A stretch of DNA of 64,000 bases from Thermodesulfobacteriota bacterium (GCA_964291405.2 OZ219926.1:1664001-1728000), one strand, 5' to 3'. Shown: positions 1-13,231, counted from the first letter of the stretch. Notes: generated by a model not told the origin, from the letters alone. Translations and numbers: made by a program.

Positions 1-1372
1 CAAACACACGATCCCAGGACTGACGGCGCAATCCCCAGACCAACAAGACCAGGGCGCCACCAACACCCAAAAACCAGCCGGCAAACGCGCCGGGATGGTC
101 GGACACGATGCCCGTGAACATGGGCAGATTGCTCTGGTCTTTCGGATGCAGAAACGGCCGGATCAGACCCAGTGGGTCAAACCCGCCGGCCTGGGCGATC
201 ACACCAAGCATGGCCAGACCGATCACTCCACAGCAGACAGCACCGGCGGTCTTCAGCAGCGCGAGAAAGCCGGGGGGCAGGTCGATCTCTCCTCGACGAA
301 GCTCTTGCCACCAGGCACCCAGCAACAGGGCAATAGCCGGATAGATGGGCAGGATGTAGACTGTGCGCTTACTGCTTGAGGCCGAATAGAACAGAAAAAT
401 CGTGGCGATCCAGACAAGCAGATAGGTAAAGTTCTTCTTGGCCCAATCCTGCCGACATTGGTATAAAAAATAGAACAGCGGCGGAAAGAAAAAACTCCAT
501 GGGGCCATGCCCAGAAACAGATTAGGGATGAAATAATAAAAGGGATGGACGTGCCCGGCGCCGGCCGACCCGCTCGACACAAACCGTAGCACATTCTCTT
601 TCATGATCTGCTTCTCAAAAAATGGCTCACCGCCGTGCCACAGGGCCAGCGCGTACCACGACCCGGCGATGAGGAGGAACAGCAAACCGCCCGTGACGAG
701 ATGCAGGTGACGGACAAACAGCAGATCGCGTTTGACGCACAGGAATACGATGATAACCAGCCCCGGCAGCACCGCGCCAATCGGTCCTTTGGCCAGGGTT
801 GCCAGACCGAGGAGACAGAAGAAGCCGAGCGCCTCAAACCACCCGACCCGTTGCTTGCGATACACAGACCAAAAGGAAAAAAAGGCCGCGACCATAAAGA
901 AGGTCAACGTCATATCCACCCGGGCCGTTGTCGCAGCCCGGACCCACTCAAAGCTGGTGGCCAGGGTCAGACCGGCAATCAGCCCGGCCTCAACTCCCCA
1001 CAGGACGGCGCCGACCCGATAGGTCAGAAGTACACCGAGCAGAGCCAGTAACGCGGAAGGAGAACGGATCGAGAATTCGCTCAACTGACCCAAGGCAAGC
1101 GCAGCCGACGTTCCAAGCCAGTGAAAGAGCGGGGGTTTGGACGGAATGATGTGACCGTTACGTAAAGGCAGAATCCAGTCCCCGTTGTGATAGACCTCCC
1201 AGATAACGGTCGCCTCACGCGGTTGCCCCTTGGTGTAAAAAGGAATATCGCCCAAACCCCAGATGAATATCAGGCTACAGAAAAGACTAAGCAGCACGCC
1301 AAAGAAGAGAACGCGGGATTGCAACAGCTTCTCCTCGACAGTATGAACGGCACGCACGGGGCGGCGGTTCAC
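1..1372 (-). CDS. ArnT/GT83-like (PMT_2) lipid-linked glycosyltransferase, 3' end runs off the window
   Basis: Not in the ORF track because it is open at the edge. Manual translation from GTG 1372, which overlaps the TGA of the upstream gene (GTGA): ...GLGDIPFYTKGQPREATVIWEVYHNGDWILPLRNGHIIPSKPPLFHWLG...SSKRTVYILPIYPAIALLLGAWWQ. Clear paralog of 1369..3243. Confidence 0.88.
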   Translation of the reverse strand, partial: MNRRPVRAVHTVEEKLLQSRVLFFGVLLSLFCSLIFIWGLGDIPFYTKGQPREATVIWEVYHNGDWILPLRNGHIIPSKPPLFHWLGTSAALALGQLSEFSIRSPSALLALLGVLLTYRVGAVLWGVEAGLIAGLTLATSFEWVRAATTARVDMTLTFFMVAAFFSFWSVYRKQRVGWFEALGFFCLLGLATLAKGPIGAVLPGLVIIVFLCVKRDLLFVRHLHLVTGGLLFLLIAGSWYALALWHGGEPFFEKQIMKENVLRFVSSGSAGAGHVHPFYYFIPNLFLGMAPWSFFFPPLFYFLYQCRQDWAKKNFTYLLVWIATIFLFYSASSSKRTVYILPIYPAIALLLGAWWQELRRGEIDLPPGFLALLKTAGAVCCGVIGLAMLGVIAQAGGFDPLGLIRPFLHPKDQSNLPMFTGIVSDHPGAFAGWFLGVGGALVLLVWGLRRQSWDRVF

Positions 1373-3243
1373 GATGCGGAGTTCTCGTCTACGGGTTCAT
1401 CCGATGCTTCAGGCAATGCCCGCTCTTCGGATTCGGACGGAGCAGGTAAGACGGTTGTCCCCGTCTCCCTATTTTGCTCAGGCTGAGGAAGCAATGCGGC
1501 AAGCACCAGACGATGTTTCTTGTCCGGTCCCTTGCCCTCACTCGTGACCAGACGCTCAAGGTGAGGCTGGCCCTCTGAGAGCTCAGGCCAGTCCGTCTCA
1601 CGGACGAGTAAATATAGTGCAGCGTCGGTCTGTGACGCGTCTCCCTGTCTGACCCCTGGGTAAGATGAGTACATGTGCTCGGCATCCGAGGGCTGCTGGA
1701 GGGCACGTTGACTCATTTCAGGAATACGGCGGTCAGCGTAGAAGATGGCCCCATAGTCAGAGGCGGGGTGGTAAAAATACAGCGGTGCGTCCTGCACCAT
1801 GGAACGCACGCCCAGCATAAAGGATTTATACGTCCGCTCTTGGGCCAGGAGCGGATGAAACAGGGCGTTCGCAAAGTACAACGACGCGGAGATCGAAACC
1901 GTCAACGCGGCAAAGACCGGTACCCATCGGTCTCGGCGCAGCCCCCAGATATACCAGCCGGCTGCTCCGGCGAGCAGCGCAATCCAAATACACACGAGAG
2001 GAAACTGACCTTGTAAACTCTGCGCGACAATAGGCAGATTCGCCCGATCCCGGGGATGCAGGAAAGGGGACACCAGATGATCCAGATCAAAGCCGATACC
2101 GTGAGTGATCAGCACAATGAGGATGAGTGCCCCAGCACCGCCCAGAGCAAGCGCGCAGCCTCGGACGACGCGTTTGATCGCGGGCGATGATAACACTCGC
2201 GACCCTTCTATCAATTCCTGCCACCACCACCCGAGCAATAAGGCCAGTGCCGGATAGAGCGGGAGGATATAATTACTGCGTTTCCCGGACGCCAGCGTAA
2301 AAAAGAGAAGCTCAACCCCTACCCAGATCAACAGGTAGAGCTGTTTCTTCTCCCGCCATATGTCGCCTGACCGGTAGAGCGTAAACCCAAGCGCAGGCAA
2401 GAAAAGGCTCCAGGGCAGCATCCCGACAAAGAGGGTTGGCAAATAATACAGCAGGGTGTGCTCTCGGCTCGGTCCGCCTTTCTCACTGGCGAAAAATCGA
2501 AACACATTCTCATCCAGAATCTGGCGTTGGAAAAACTCTCCGCCGCCTTGGAGGAGGGCCAGCACATACCACGATACGGCAATACCGCCCGCTATCAGTA
2601 GCCCTTGGCCGAGACGCAAGCGGCGAAGAAACGCGAGTTCTCTGGTCCACCACAAAAAGGTGCCTACAATCAGGACGGGTAGCAGCAGCCCCAGCGGCCC
2701 TTTGGCCAGGACGGCAAAACCGATGCTGGCGTAGAAGAGGAACAGTGTCCGTCGTTGTGTCGCCCGCTCCTGGAAGGCCCAAAAAAAGAAAAACTGCGCG
2801 GCTGTCAGGAAAAACAGTAAGACCATATCGCTGCGCGCATTGATTGACCAGCGTGTCCATTCCGGGCAGGTGGCCAGGATCAAAGCGGCCAGCAGCCCGA
2901 CGCGCCAGGACCAGAGCGCGCGTCCGAAGAAAAACGTGCCCAGGACTGTTGCAGTGGCAAACAGGGCGGAAGGGAAACGGACTGCCAACTCACTCACCTG
3001 GCCGGTGAGTAAGGAGACCACGGCACCGATCCAGTGAAACAGCGGCGGCTTGAGCGGCTGTTCGACCCCGTTCCGGAGGGGAAGAATCCACCCGCCGCCG
3101 TTCACCATTTCCCAGACGATCAGGGCTTCTTTTGACTCTTCGTAATTGTAAAAAGGAATACGGCCAAGGTCTAAAAAATAGAGCAGAAAGCAGAGAAAGA
3201 GGAGGCCGGCAACAATCTGGCGGGTGCGCTGCGGTTCGTTCAT
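1369..3243 (-). CDS. ArnT/GT83-like glycosyltransferase (multi-TM)
   Basis: KPPLFHW, RFPSAL, LAKGPLGL, LPWS and KRSNYILPLYPALALL motifs of ArnT-family enzymes; many TM helices; SD GAGG upstream. Confidence 0.92.
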   Translation of the reverse strand: MNEPQRTRQIVAGLLFLCFLLYFLDLGRIPFYNYEESKEALIVWEMVNGGGWILPLRNGVEQPLKPPLFHWIGAVVSLLTGQVSELAVRFPSALFATATVLGTFFFGRALWSWRVGLLAALILATCPEWTRWSINARSDMVLLFFLTAAQFFFFWAFQERATQRRTLFLFYASIGFAVLAKGPLGLLLPVLIVGTFLWWTRELAFLRRLRLGQGLLIAGGIAVSWYVLALLQGGGEFFQRQILDENVFRFFASEKGGPSREHTLLYYLPTLFVGMLPWSLFLPALGFTLYRSGDIWREKKQLYLLIWVGVELLFFTLASGKRSNYILPLYPALALLLGWWWQELIEGSRVLSSPAIKRVVRGCALALGGAGALILIVLITHGIGFDLDHLVSPFLHPRDRANLPIVAQSLQGQFPLVCIWIALLAGAAGWYIWGLRRDRWVPVFAALTVSISASLYFANALFHPLLAQERTYKSFMLGVRSMVQDAPLYFYHPASDYGAIFYADRRIPEMSQRALQQPSDAEHMYSSYPGVRQGDASQTDAALYLLVRETDWPELSEGQPHLERLVTSEGKGPDKKHRLVLAALLPQPEQNRETGTTVLPAPSESEERALPEASDEPVDENSAS

Positions 3244-3253
3244 GCACTACCTC

Positions 3254-3331
3254 AAAGAGTGAACGTGTCCTCCAATAGATAGGCAGATGCTGGATACGTT
3301 TACTCTTTAGATACCGAAGGCACTATCTGCC
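3254..3331. promoter_or_regulatory. 17-bp imperfect inverted repeat (3254-3270/3292-3308) with a possible loop pairing, directly upstream of the arnT RBS
   Basis: AAAGAGTGAACGTGTCC vs GGATACGTTTACTCTTT (15/17); loop GGCAGAT (3282-3288) is complementary to ATCTGCC (3325-3331). Confidence 0.35.
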
Positions 3332-3441
3332 GGATGATGGGCTGTCAAATCCCTCGAGGCCCCTCTTTTGCTCAAACAGTCGAGCCAAAAACGGAGTGGA
3401 GCAGACCGGCAGCCGATGCAGGGTGCTACGGAAAATCAGCG

Positions 3442-3711
3442 CTAGGAGGAGGCTCCGCTCCGTCTCAGCACCCGGTAATGGGTGAGGAGTTGACCGACGC
3501 GTTCCTGCTCAGAAGTATGTCGTCTCAACTCCAGGAAGAGTTTCACCAGTTCGTCTTCCCCGGCTTCGTCGGCAGGCTGTAAGACTTTGAGCAATTCTTC
3601 TACTAAATTGGGGAATTTCTCACTGGGGATGTAGTAATGCGCCCAGCCAAACTCACAGTGGCGATGAAGGATCTTTGCAATCATTTTTTCTAAGTTCTCC
3701 TGGCCCGTCAT
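3442..3711 (-). CDS. small hypothetical protein (89 aa)
   Basis: ATG with GGAGG SD; helical, natural-looking composition; fills the gap between arnT and mutY. Confidence 0.6.
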   Translation of the reverse strand: MTGQENLEKMIAKILHRHCEFGWAHYYIPSEKFPNLVEELLKVLQPADEAGEDELVKLFLELRRHTSEQERVGQLLTHYRVLRRSGASS

Positions 3712-3878
3712 GACTGCTCTGCCTCCTCCGTAGAACGCGCCGCTACCTTAATGGCTCTCCCTGTCAGAGTCAAGACGAAAGAGGAGTGAACATGCCCTCC
3801 AACAGGCCTGCAAATGTTGGCACGTTTACTCCTTTCCCCCTTTCCCAAGCGCCCGGTTTCTGTCACAAGAGGTCCACA

Positions 3879-4598
3879 GTGTCGCGTACGCCAAAACCCA
3901 AGCCTGACCGAGCAAAGCAGAGGAAGGACCCGCCGATCGCCCACCAGGCAACCATCCGAGCTTTTCAACGCCGCCTGATTGCCTGGTATCGGCAGCATGG
4001 ACGGGATCTGCCCTGGCGACGGACGCGCGATCCCTATGCCATTCTGGTGTCTGAGGTCATGCTGCAGCAGACCCAGGTCCAACGGGCCTTGCTGTATTAC
4101 GAGAAATTCTTGCAGAAATACCCCACGGCAGAGGACCTAGCGCAAGCGCACGAGCCCCAAGTCCGTGAAGCCTGGGACGGTCTGGGGTATTACGCGCGGG
4201 CTCGGAATCTGCACAAAGCGACCCAACAGATTGTCACCCAACATCGAGGGAAATTTCCGCGCAACCCGGAAGAGCTGACGAAACTGCCCGGCATTGGCCC
4301 GTATACTGCGGGAGCAGTCTCAAGCTTCGCTTTTCACAAAGACGCCGCCATTCTGGATACCAATGCGGCCCGGGTTCTGCGGCGGTTTTTTGGCCTCGTC
4401 CCCCAGCAGCGCACACCCCGCTTCCTCTGGACGGTTGCCCGGCAGGTGACCCCCAAGGGGCAGGCTCATATCTTTAATCAAGCCATTATGGATGTCGGCG
4501 CTACCATTTGTGTTGCTCGCACCCCTCGATGTCCACATTGCCCGCTCCGGCCGGTGTGTCGAAGGGGAAAGACCACCGCCCCGACGGGTTCGGTTTGA
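3879..4598 (+). CDS. mutY: A/G-specific adenine glycosylase, short form without the C-terminal MutT-like domain
   Basis: RDLPWR, VSEVMLQQTQV, WDGLGYYARARNL, HhH LPGIGPYTA, FeS motif C-x6-C-x2-C-x5-C. GTG 3879 after AAGAGG chosen as start. Confidence 0.9.
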   Translation: MSRTPKPKPDRAKQRKDPPIAHQATIRAFQRRLIAWYRQHGRDLPWRRTRDPYAILVSEVMLQQTQVQRALLYYEKFLQKYPTAEDLAQAHEPQVREAWDGLGYYARARNLHKATQQIVTQHRGKFPRNPEELTKLPGIGPYTAGAVSSFAFHKDAAILDTNAARVLRRFFGLVPQQRTPRFLWTVARQVTPKGQAHIFNQAIMDVGATICVARTPRCPHCPLRPVCRRGKTTAPTGSV

Positions 4599-4676
4599 CG
4601 CTCTTACGGTTCTCCCGTATAGTGATCCCCCGACGGCCCGGCGGCTTTGCCGTGCTGGTCCTGAGGTCTTCCAAGC

Positions 4677-7932
<3,256 letters not shown>

Positions 7933-8041
7933 CGACTGTCTTGGTCACGCCACCCCCATTCGGCGTTTCGCCCTTCAACATGCTCTTCTTTGATTCGTTC
8001 AGGAGAGGTGATAGGCTGTCTACGGTCGCTGGAACACTGTC

Positions 8042-8632
8042 ATGAGTCGTCATCAAATCCGCTTTATACTGGGTATTACGGTGCTCGGGCTCATCCTTAT
8101 TCTGGGCTATCTCAGCTCTCAAGTGGGAAAAGACCCGGCGACCGCGCGGCTCATCGACGAACTCTCGACCCCGGACGTGACTGAAGAGACGATGGTCCAA
8201 CGCATGACGGAGTTCCGACGGGTGAAGATGCAGGACGGCAAAAAAGTGTGGGAAATTGTGGCCCGACAGGCGCGCTATTTTGCCGACACCAACGCCGTCG
8301 TCATTGACACTCCTGAAGTTTCGCTCTATTTCGGCGATGGCGAAGCGCTCGCATTACGCTGTCAAGAAGGCACAGTCCACCTGGATGGGGAATCAGAATT
8401 ACTCCATATCGATCTCTGGGGCGACCTGGAGATACAGATGGGAGATATTTCCCTAAAAACCGACCAGGCAACCTACGACCGCCAGAAAAACACCATATCC
8501 TCGGACGGGGTCATTCACGTTGTTGGTCAAGGATTTACGCTTGAAGGCAAAGGCTATACGGTCGCTGTTGACACCAAGCAACTGACCCTGAATGCGGAAG
8601 TCTATACAACGGTGACACGGGAGTCCGGATAA
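8042..8632 (+). CDS. lptC: LPS export periplasmic protein LptC
   Basis: Single N-terminal TM followed by beta-jellyroll-like sequence; first gene before lptA and lptB. Confidence 0.8.
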   Translation: MSRHQIRFILGITVLGLILILGYLSSQVGKDPATARLIDELSTPDVTEETMVQRMTEFRRVKMQDGKKVWEIVARQARYFADTNAVVIDTPEVSLYFGDGEALALRCQEGTVHLDGESELLHIDLWGDLEIQMGDISLKTDQATYDRQKNTISSDGVIHVVGQGFTLEGKGYTVAVDTKQLTLNAEVYTTVTRESG

Positions 8633-9225
8633 TGCGCTCAACATCGGCAGGGACTGGGTGGGTGGTCTTTCCCTCAATCCTTGCTATCCCCTTGTTCTTG
8701 TCTCCGTTGACGCTGGCAGCCGAGGACGCCCAACAAGGCCCGACCGACCGTACAGTCCAGAATTCGGCCGCGACCTTTGCGGATTCTCTGGCACTCACCT
8801 CGCGAAAAGACCCCATTCATATTCGCTCGCATGACCTCGAGTTCTTCTATGAAGAGAAGCGTATCCAGTACCGCGGGAATGTGGTGGTGACCCAGGGTGA
8901 TATGACATTAAAGAGCGATAGGCTGACTGTGCTGTATGAAGACCCCGCACCGGCAGCCGCGAATACCTCGGCTCAGCAACGGCTCAAGCATATTGTTGCC
9001 GAGGGGAGGGTCGAAATTACTTCCGGCGAACGGCGCGCCACGAGCCGCAAAGCGATTTTTAATCAGAAAAAGCGTACGGTCACGCTCAGGGGGAATGCGG
9101 TTCTTCAGGAGGGTCTCAACCAAGTCAAGGGAGATATCGTGACCGTCTTTCTGGACGAGAACCGCAGTATTGTGAAGGGCGGGAAGGGAAAACGACGAGC
9201 CCAGATGGTCCTTATTCCCGACTAG
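8632..9225 (+). CDS. lptA: LPS transport periplasmic protein LptA (OstA family)
   Basis: Signal peptide; PIHIRSHDL, YRGNVVVTQGDMTLKSDRL, LRGNAVLQEG. Confidence 0.9.
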   Translation: MRSTSAGTGWVVFPSILAIPLFLSPLTLAAEDAQQGPTDRTVQNSAATFADSLALTSRKDPIHIRSHDLEFFYEEKRIQYRGNVVVTQGDMTLKSDRLTVLYEDPAPAAANTSAQQRLKHIVAEGRVEITSGERRATSRKAIFNQKKRTVTLRGNAVLQEGLNQVKGDIVTVFLDENRSIVKGGKGKRRAQMVLIPD

Positions 9226-9286
9226 GACGCCAGGGGAGTCGTTGCGGCGAGACCGATCAGAAGGACACGCAGGAGAGAACAACGGA

Positions 9287-10018
9287 GTGAGTAATACGCC
9301 AGTCCTCCAAGCCGAAGGCTTGTGGAAAACCTATGGGAAACGCGCGGTTCTGCGCGATGTCAGCGTGCGCGTCAAAGGCGGCGAAGTGGTGGGCTTACTC
9401 GGTCCCAACGGAGCAGGAAAGACAACGACCTTTTCGATCATCGTCGGTATTATTCGACCCGATAAGGGTGAGGTCTACTATAATGATGACGAGATTACGA
9501 CCTTACCTATGCATAAGCGGGCACGCCGGGGGGTAACCTATCTGCCCCAAGAGCCGTCAGTTTTCCGGAAATTGACCGTAGCGGAAAATGTGATGGCTAT
9601 TCTGGAGACGACATCGCTGAACAAGGCGCAGCGGGAAGAGCGCCTGGCTGAGCTACTGGCAGAGTTGGGGATTAGCCATTTGGCAGCCAATCGGGCGGAT
9701 TCACTCTCTGGAGGAGAGCGACGTCGGGTCGAAATTTCTCGTGCGCTGGTGATGTCACCGGCCTTTATGCTCCTTGACGAACCCTTTGCCGGAATCGATC
9801 CGCTCTCGGTTGTTGATATCCAAGAAATCATCATGCAATTACGCGGACGCGGAATCGGTATTCTTGTCACCGACCACAATGTTAGAGAGACGCTGAGCAT
9901 TTGTGATCGCGCCTATATTCTGAGCGATGGTAGTGTGTTTGAGGAAGGAACACCCCAGGAAATCACGGCGAGCAGTCGCGCCCGAGAGGTCTACCTGGGA
10001 GAGCGCTTCCGCCTCTAG
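9287..10018 (+). CDS. lptB: LPS export ABC ATPase
   Basis: GPNGAGKTT, YLPQEPSVFRKL, LSGGERRRVEI, LDEPFAGIDP, TDHNVRETL. GTG 9287 after AGGAG. Confidence 0.97.
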   Translation: MSNTPVLQAEGLWKTYGKRAVLRDVSVRVKGGEVVGLLGPNGAGKTTTFSIIVGIIRPDKGEVYYNDDEITTLPMHKRARRGVTYLPQEPSVFRKLTVAENVMAILETTSLNKAQREERLAELLAELGISHLAANRADSLSGGERRRVEISRALVMSPAFMLLDEPFAGIDPLSVVDIQEIIMQLRGRGIGILVTDHNVRETLSICDRAYILSDGSVFEEGTPQEITASSRAREVYLGERFRL

Positions 10019-10043
10019 TGACTGAAGACAAGGGTAGAGTTGT

Positions 10044-11501
10044 ATGGGGTTAGACCTCAGACTGACTCAGAAGTTGACCCAAAAACTGGTGATGACGCCC
10101 CAGTTGCGTCAAGCCATCAAAATTCTGCAACTGCCCCGCGGCGAGCTGGATACGCTCATTGATGAAGAGTTGGCGGAGAATCCGATCATTGAACGCGTGA
10201 CCGAGGACGAGGCTATTTTTGATGACGGCCGCGGCCAGGGCGAAGAACCCACCCAGGCCGCTACGCAAGACGCGAACGCGGAAAAGGACCAGATTGACTG
10301 GCAGACCTATCTCAGCACCTATAATAACAATAATGACATACTGGCTCCTCCTCCAACTGGAGATGAAGACGCGGATGGTGAGCGTCAAAATGCTCCAGAG
10401 GATCGCTTGCCCCGCGCAGAGTCGCTGGCCGAACATCTCACCTGGCAGCTACGCTTCCGCACTCTGACAGAAACAGAAGAACATCTCGCCTCTCTGATCA
10501 TAGGGAACCTGGACGTTGACGGCTATCTGGAGGCCAGTGTCGAGGAACTCGCAGATAGCGCAGACGCTAGTCCTGAGGAGGTTGAACGGGTCTTGCGGAT
10601 TGTTCAGTCGTGCGACCCGATTGGAGTCGGCGCCCGAGACCTCCAGGAATGCCTGCTGTTACAACTGCACACTGCTCGGCACGAGGGAGAAGCGGTTGAA
10701 GAATCCTTACTCCGTTTAACCACAACGATCGTCCATCACTATCTCCAGACCCTTGAAGGGCGGCGGTATGACCGACTGGCAAAAGCGCTCAACGTCCCGA
10801 CGGAAATAATCCAGCGGGCGATCAAGCTCATTACGGCCCTTGAACCCAAACCCGGGCGCAATTACGGTGACGGAGATATCCGCTATGTCACCCCGGACGT
10901 GTATGTCCATAAGATCGGAGATGAGTATCGGGTGACGCTCAACGAAGAGGGTCTACCGCGTCTCAAAGTGAGTAATGCATATCGCCATTTACTCACCCAA
11001 GAGGGCGAGGCAAAAGAGTATGTCCAGGAGAAACTGCGGGCGGCAGCCTGGCTGATTAAGAGTATTCACCAACGCCAGCGGACCTTGCTCATGGTCGCCG
11101 AGAGTCTGATAAAATTTCAGCAGGATTTTCTGAATCATGGTATTTCCCAGATGCGTCCACTGGTGTTGCGCGATGTTGCGGATGACATCGGCGCTCATGA
11201 GTCAACGGTCAGTCGGGCCATTGCGGGCAAGTATATTGCCACGCCACGCGGGTTGTACCCGCTCAAAAAATTCTTCACCACAGGGCTGAAGAGCCACTAT
11301 GGACAAGCCGTTTCGGCAGAAAGCGTAAAGGCCCAAATTCGAGCACTGATTGATCAGGAAGACCCCTACAAACCCCTGAGTGATGAAGAAATTGCAAAAA
11401 CGCTGTCCCGCAGTCATATCAAGATTGCCCGCCGGACCGTTGCCAAGTATAGAGAGGGCCTCAACATTCTTTCCTCTGCCAAGCGGAAGTACGCCCGCTA
11501 G
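10044..11501 (+). CDS. rpoN: RNA polymerase sigma-54 factor
   Basis: MTPQLRQAIKILQL, HESTVSRA, RpoN box ARRTVAKYRE. Confidence 0.99.
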   Translation: MGLDLRLTQKLTQKLVMTPQLRQAIKILQLPRGELDTLIDEELAENPIIERVTEDEAIFDDGRGQGEEPTQAATQDANAEKDQIDWQTYLSTYNNNNDILAPPPTGDEDADGERQNAPEDRLPRAESLAEHLTWQLRFRTLTETEEHLASLIIGNLDVDGYLEASVEELADSADASPEEVERVLRIVQSCDPIGVGARDLQECLLLQLHTARHEGEAVEESLLRLTTTIVHHYLQTLEGRRYDRLAKALNVPTEIIQRAIKLITALEPKPGRNYGDGDIRYVTPDVYVHKIGDEYRVTLNEEGLPRLKVSNAYRHLLTQEGEAKEYVQEKLRAAAWLIKSIHQRQRTLLMVAESLIKFQQDFLNHGISQMRPLVLRDVADDIGAHESTVSRAIAGKYIATPRGLYPLKKFFTTGLKSHYGQAVSAESVKAQIRALIDQEDPYKPLSDEEIAKTLSRSHIKIARRTVAKYREGLNILSSAKRKYAR

Positions 11502-11534
11502 GCGACAGTCCTATTCGTAATAAGGAACACTCCC

Positions 11535-11996
11535 ATGCGTGTCGTTGATATCCTCAGCCAAGAATCCATTCTCCCCCAGCTCCAGGGTCGTACAAAGACC
11601 GATGTCCTCCGTGAGCTCGCCCAGCACCTCGCCCAGCACACGCCCGGTGTCGACGCCGAGCAGTTAGTCGCCGTTCTCCTGGACCGGGAACGTCTCGGCA
11701 CAACGGCTATTGGCGAAGGCATTGCCATACCGCACGGGAAGTTGGCTGGACTCAAAGATGTCGTCGCCGTTTTTGGCCTGAGTCCACACGGGGTAGACTG
11801 TAGCTCTCTTGATGGCGGGCTGACACGACTGTTCTTTTTGCTGGTTGCGCCAGAGGATTCTGCCGGCGTCCACCTCAAGGCCCTGGCCCGGGTCTCTCGC
11901 CTCTTGAAAGACAAGGCGTTTCGAGAACGCTTGCTCCAAGGCGGCAGCCAAGCAGATTTACACCAGATGATCTGTGAGGAAGATAGCAATCTTTAG
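11535..11996 (+). CDS. ptsN: PTS IIA(Ntr)-like protein
   Basis: RERLGTTAIGEGIAIPH, HLKALARVSR; follows rpoN. Confidence 0.93.
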   Translation: MRVVDILSQESILPQLQGRTKTDVLRELAQHLAQHTPGVDAEQLVAVLLDRERLGTTAIGEGIAIPHGKLAGLKDVVAVFGLSPHGVDCSSLDGGLTRLFFLLVAPEDSAGVHLKALARVSRLLKDKAFRERLLQGGSQADLHQMICEEDSNL

Positions 11997-12025
11997 TAGG
12001 GATATAGCACCCGGCAAGGACAGCT

Positions 12026-12898
12026 ATGCAGGTCGTTGTCGTTACGGGCTTATCAGGCTCGGGGAAAAGTACCGCAATCCGCGTCCTTGAGGATCGTGGA
12101 TTCTACTGTATCGATAATCTACCGGTCACGCTCATCCCCCGATTTCTTGAGCTCAGCGAAAATAATCAGGAACATATTGGCCGCGTGGCCCTAGGTATCG
12201 ATCTGCGCGAGCGTATTTTTCTGCACGAATATCCGACGGTCCTTGAAGGACTGCGCAAACAGGGCCACCAGATCAGAATTCTGTATTTTGAAGCCAGCGC
12301 CGACGTCCTCGTGCGGCGCTTTAGCGAAACCCGCCGTCCCCACCCTGCTGCCGGAGACGGGGGAGTCCTCCAAGGGATTCGGACCGAAGAGGAACAGCTC
12401 GCCGGACTGCGCGCAACGGCCGACCTAGTTATGGATACGTCTGCGTATACCGTGCACGAGCTCCGGGAGGCCCTCCTTCAACATATTGAACGCTATCCCC
12501 ACTCCCAACAGCCCTTACTCATTACCGTCGAGTCGTTTGGCTATAAATACGGAGTGCCCATTGATGCCGATATTATGCTGGACGTCCGTTTTCTGCCCAA
12601 TCCCTTTTTTGTTGATGCCCTCCGGCACAAGACCGGTACGGAGCGCGCCGTCATAGAATTCGTCCTCGGCCAAGAGGAGACCGTTCTCTTTTTGAGCCAG
12701 ATGTCGGCCTTACTCAAATCGACGCTTCCTCTGTATGCCAGAGAAGGCAAAAGCTATCTCACTCTGGCCATTGGGTGTACGGGTGGCCAGCACCGCTCGG
12801 TCGTCATCGCCGAAGAATTGGGCAGACAGCTTCAAGCGTGGGCCTATACCGTTCGTATTCAGCATCGCGACAGGCAACGGCAAAGTACACCGGCATGA
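12026..12898 (+). CDS. rapZ: RNase adapter RapZ (P-loop ATPase)
   Basis: [51 protein letters not shown]. Confidence 0.97.
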   Translation: MQVVVVTGLSGSGKSTAIRVLEDRGFYCIDNLPVTLIPRFLELSENNQEHIGRVALGIDLRERIFLHEYPTVLEGLRKQGHQIRILYFEASADVLVRRFSETRRPHPAAGDGGVLQGIRTEEEQLAGLRATADLVMDTSAYTVHELREALLQHIERYPHSQQPLLITVESFGYKYGVPIDADIMLDVRFLPNPFFVDALRHKTGTERAVIEFVLGQEETVLFLSQMSALLKSTLPLYAREGKSYLTLAIGCTGGQHRSVVIAEELGRQLQAWAYTVRIQHRDRQRQSTPA

Positions 12899-13170
12899 CC
12901 TCCCACCTCCAAACCCGGCTCACCCTGCTCAACGCAATGGGCTTACACGCCCGCGCGGCGGCGGCTTTCGTCAAGGCCCTCAAGGACCTCGAGGTTGAGG
13001 TCACCGTCAGTTGGGAGGGACAAACGGCGAATGGACGCAGCGTCCTCGACCTGTTAACCCTCGGTGCTCCGCAGGGCAGCGTTCTTGAGCTCCAGATTCA
13101 GGGCGTGGATGCAGACGAGGCGCTCTCGACCCTCACCCGCCTCGTCGCCAATCGCTTTGACGAAGAATAA
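12895..13170 (+). CDS. ptsH: HPr/NPr-family phosphocarrier
   Basis: GLHARAAA (His15) and NGRS (Ser46-equivalent); ATGA overlap with rapZ. Confidence 0.9.
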   Translation: MTSHLQTRLTLLNAMGLHARAAAAFVKALKDLEVEVTVSWEGQTANGRSVLDLLTLGAPQGSVLELQIQGVDADEALSTLTRLVANRFDEE

Positions 13171-13202
13171 ATGCGCTCTTCCGGACAGCCGCTTTCTACC
13201 CC

Positions 13203-13231
13203 TTGACGCTCAGAAGGGGATTCTATTATAT
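13203..13231 (+). promoter_or_regulatory. candidate sigma-70 promoter for metK
   Basis: TTGACG at 13203 followed by an AT-rich TATTATAT block at 13224-13231 (spacer 15-17). Confidence 0.4.
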
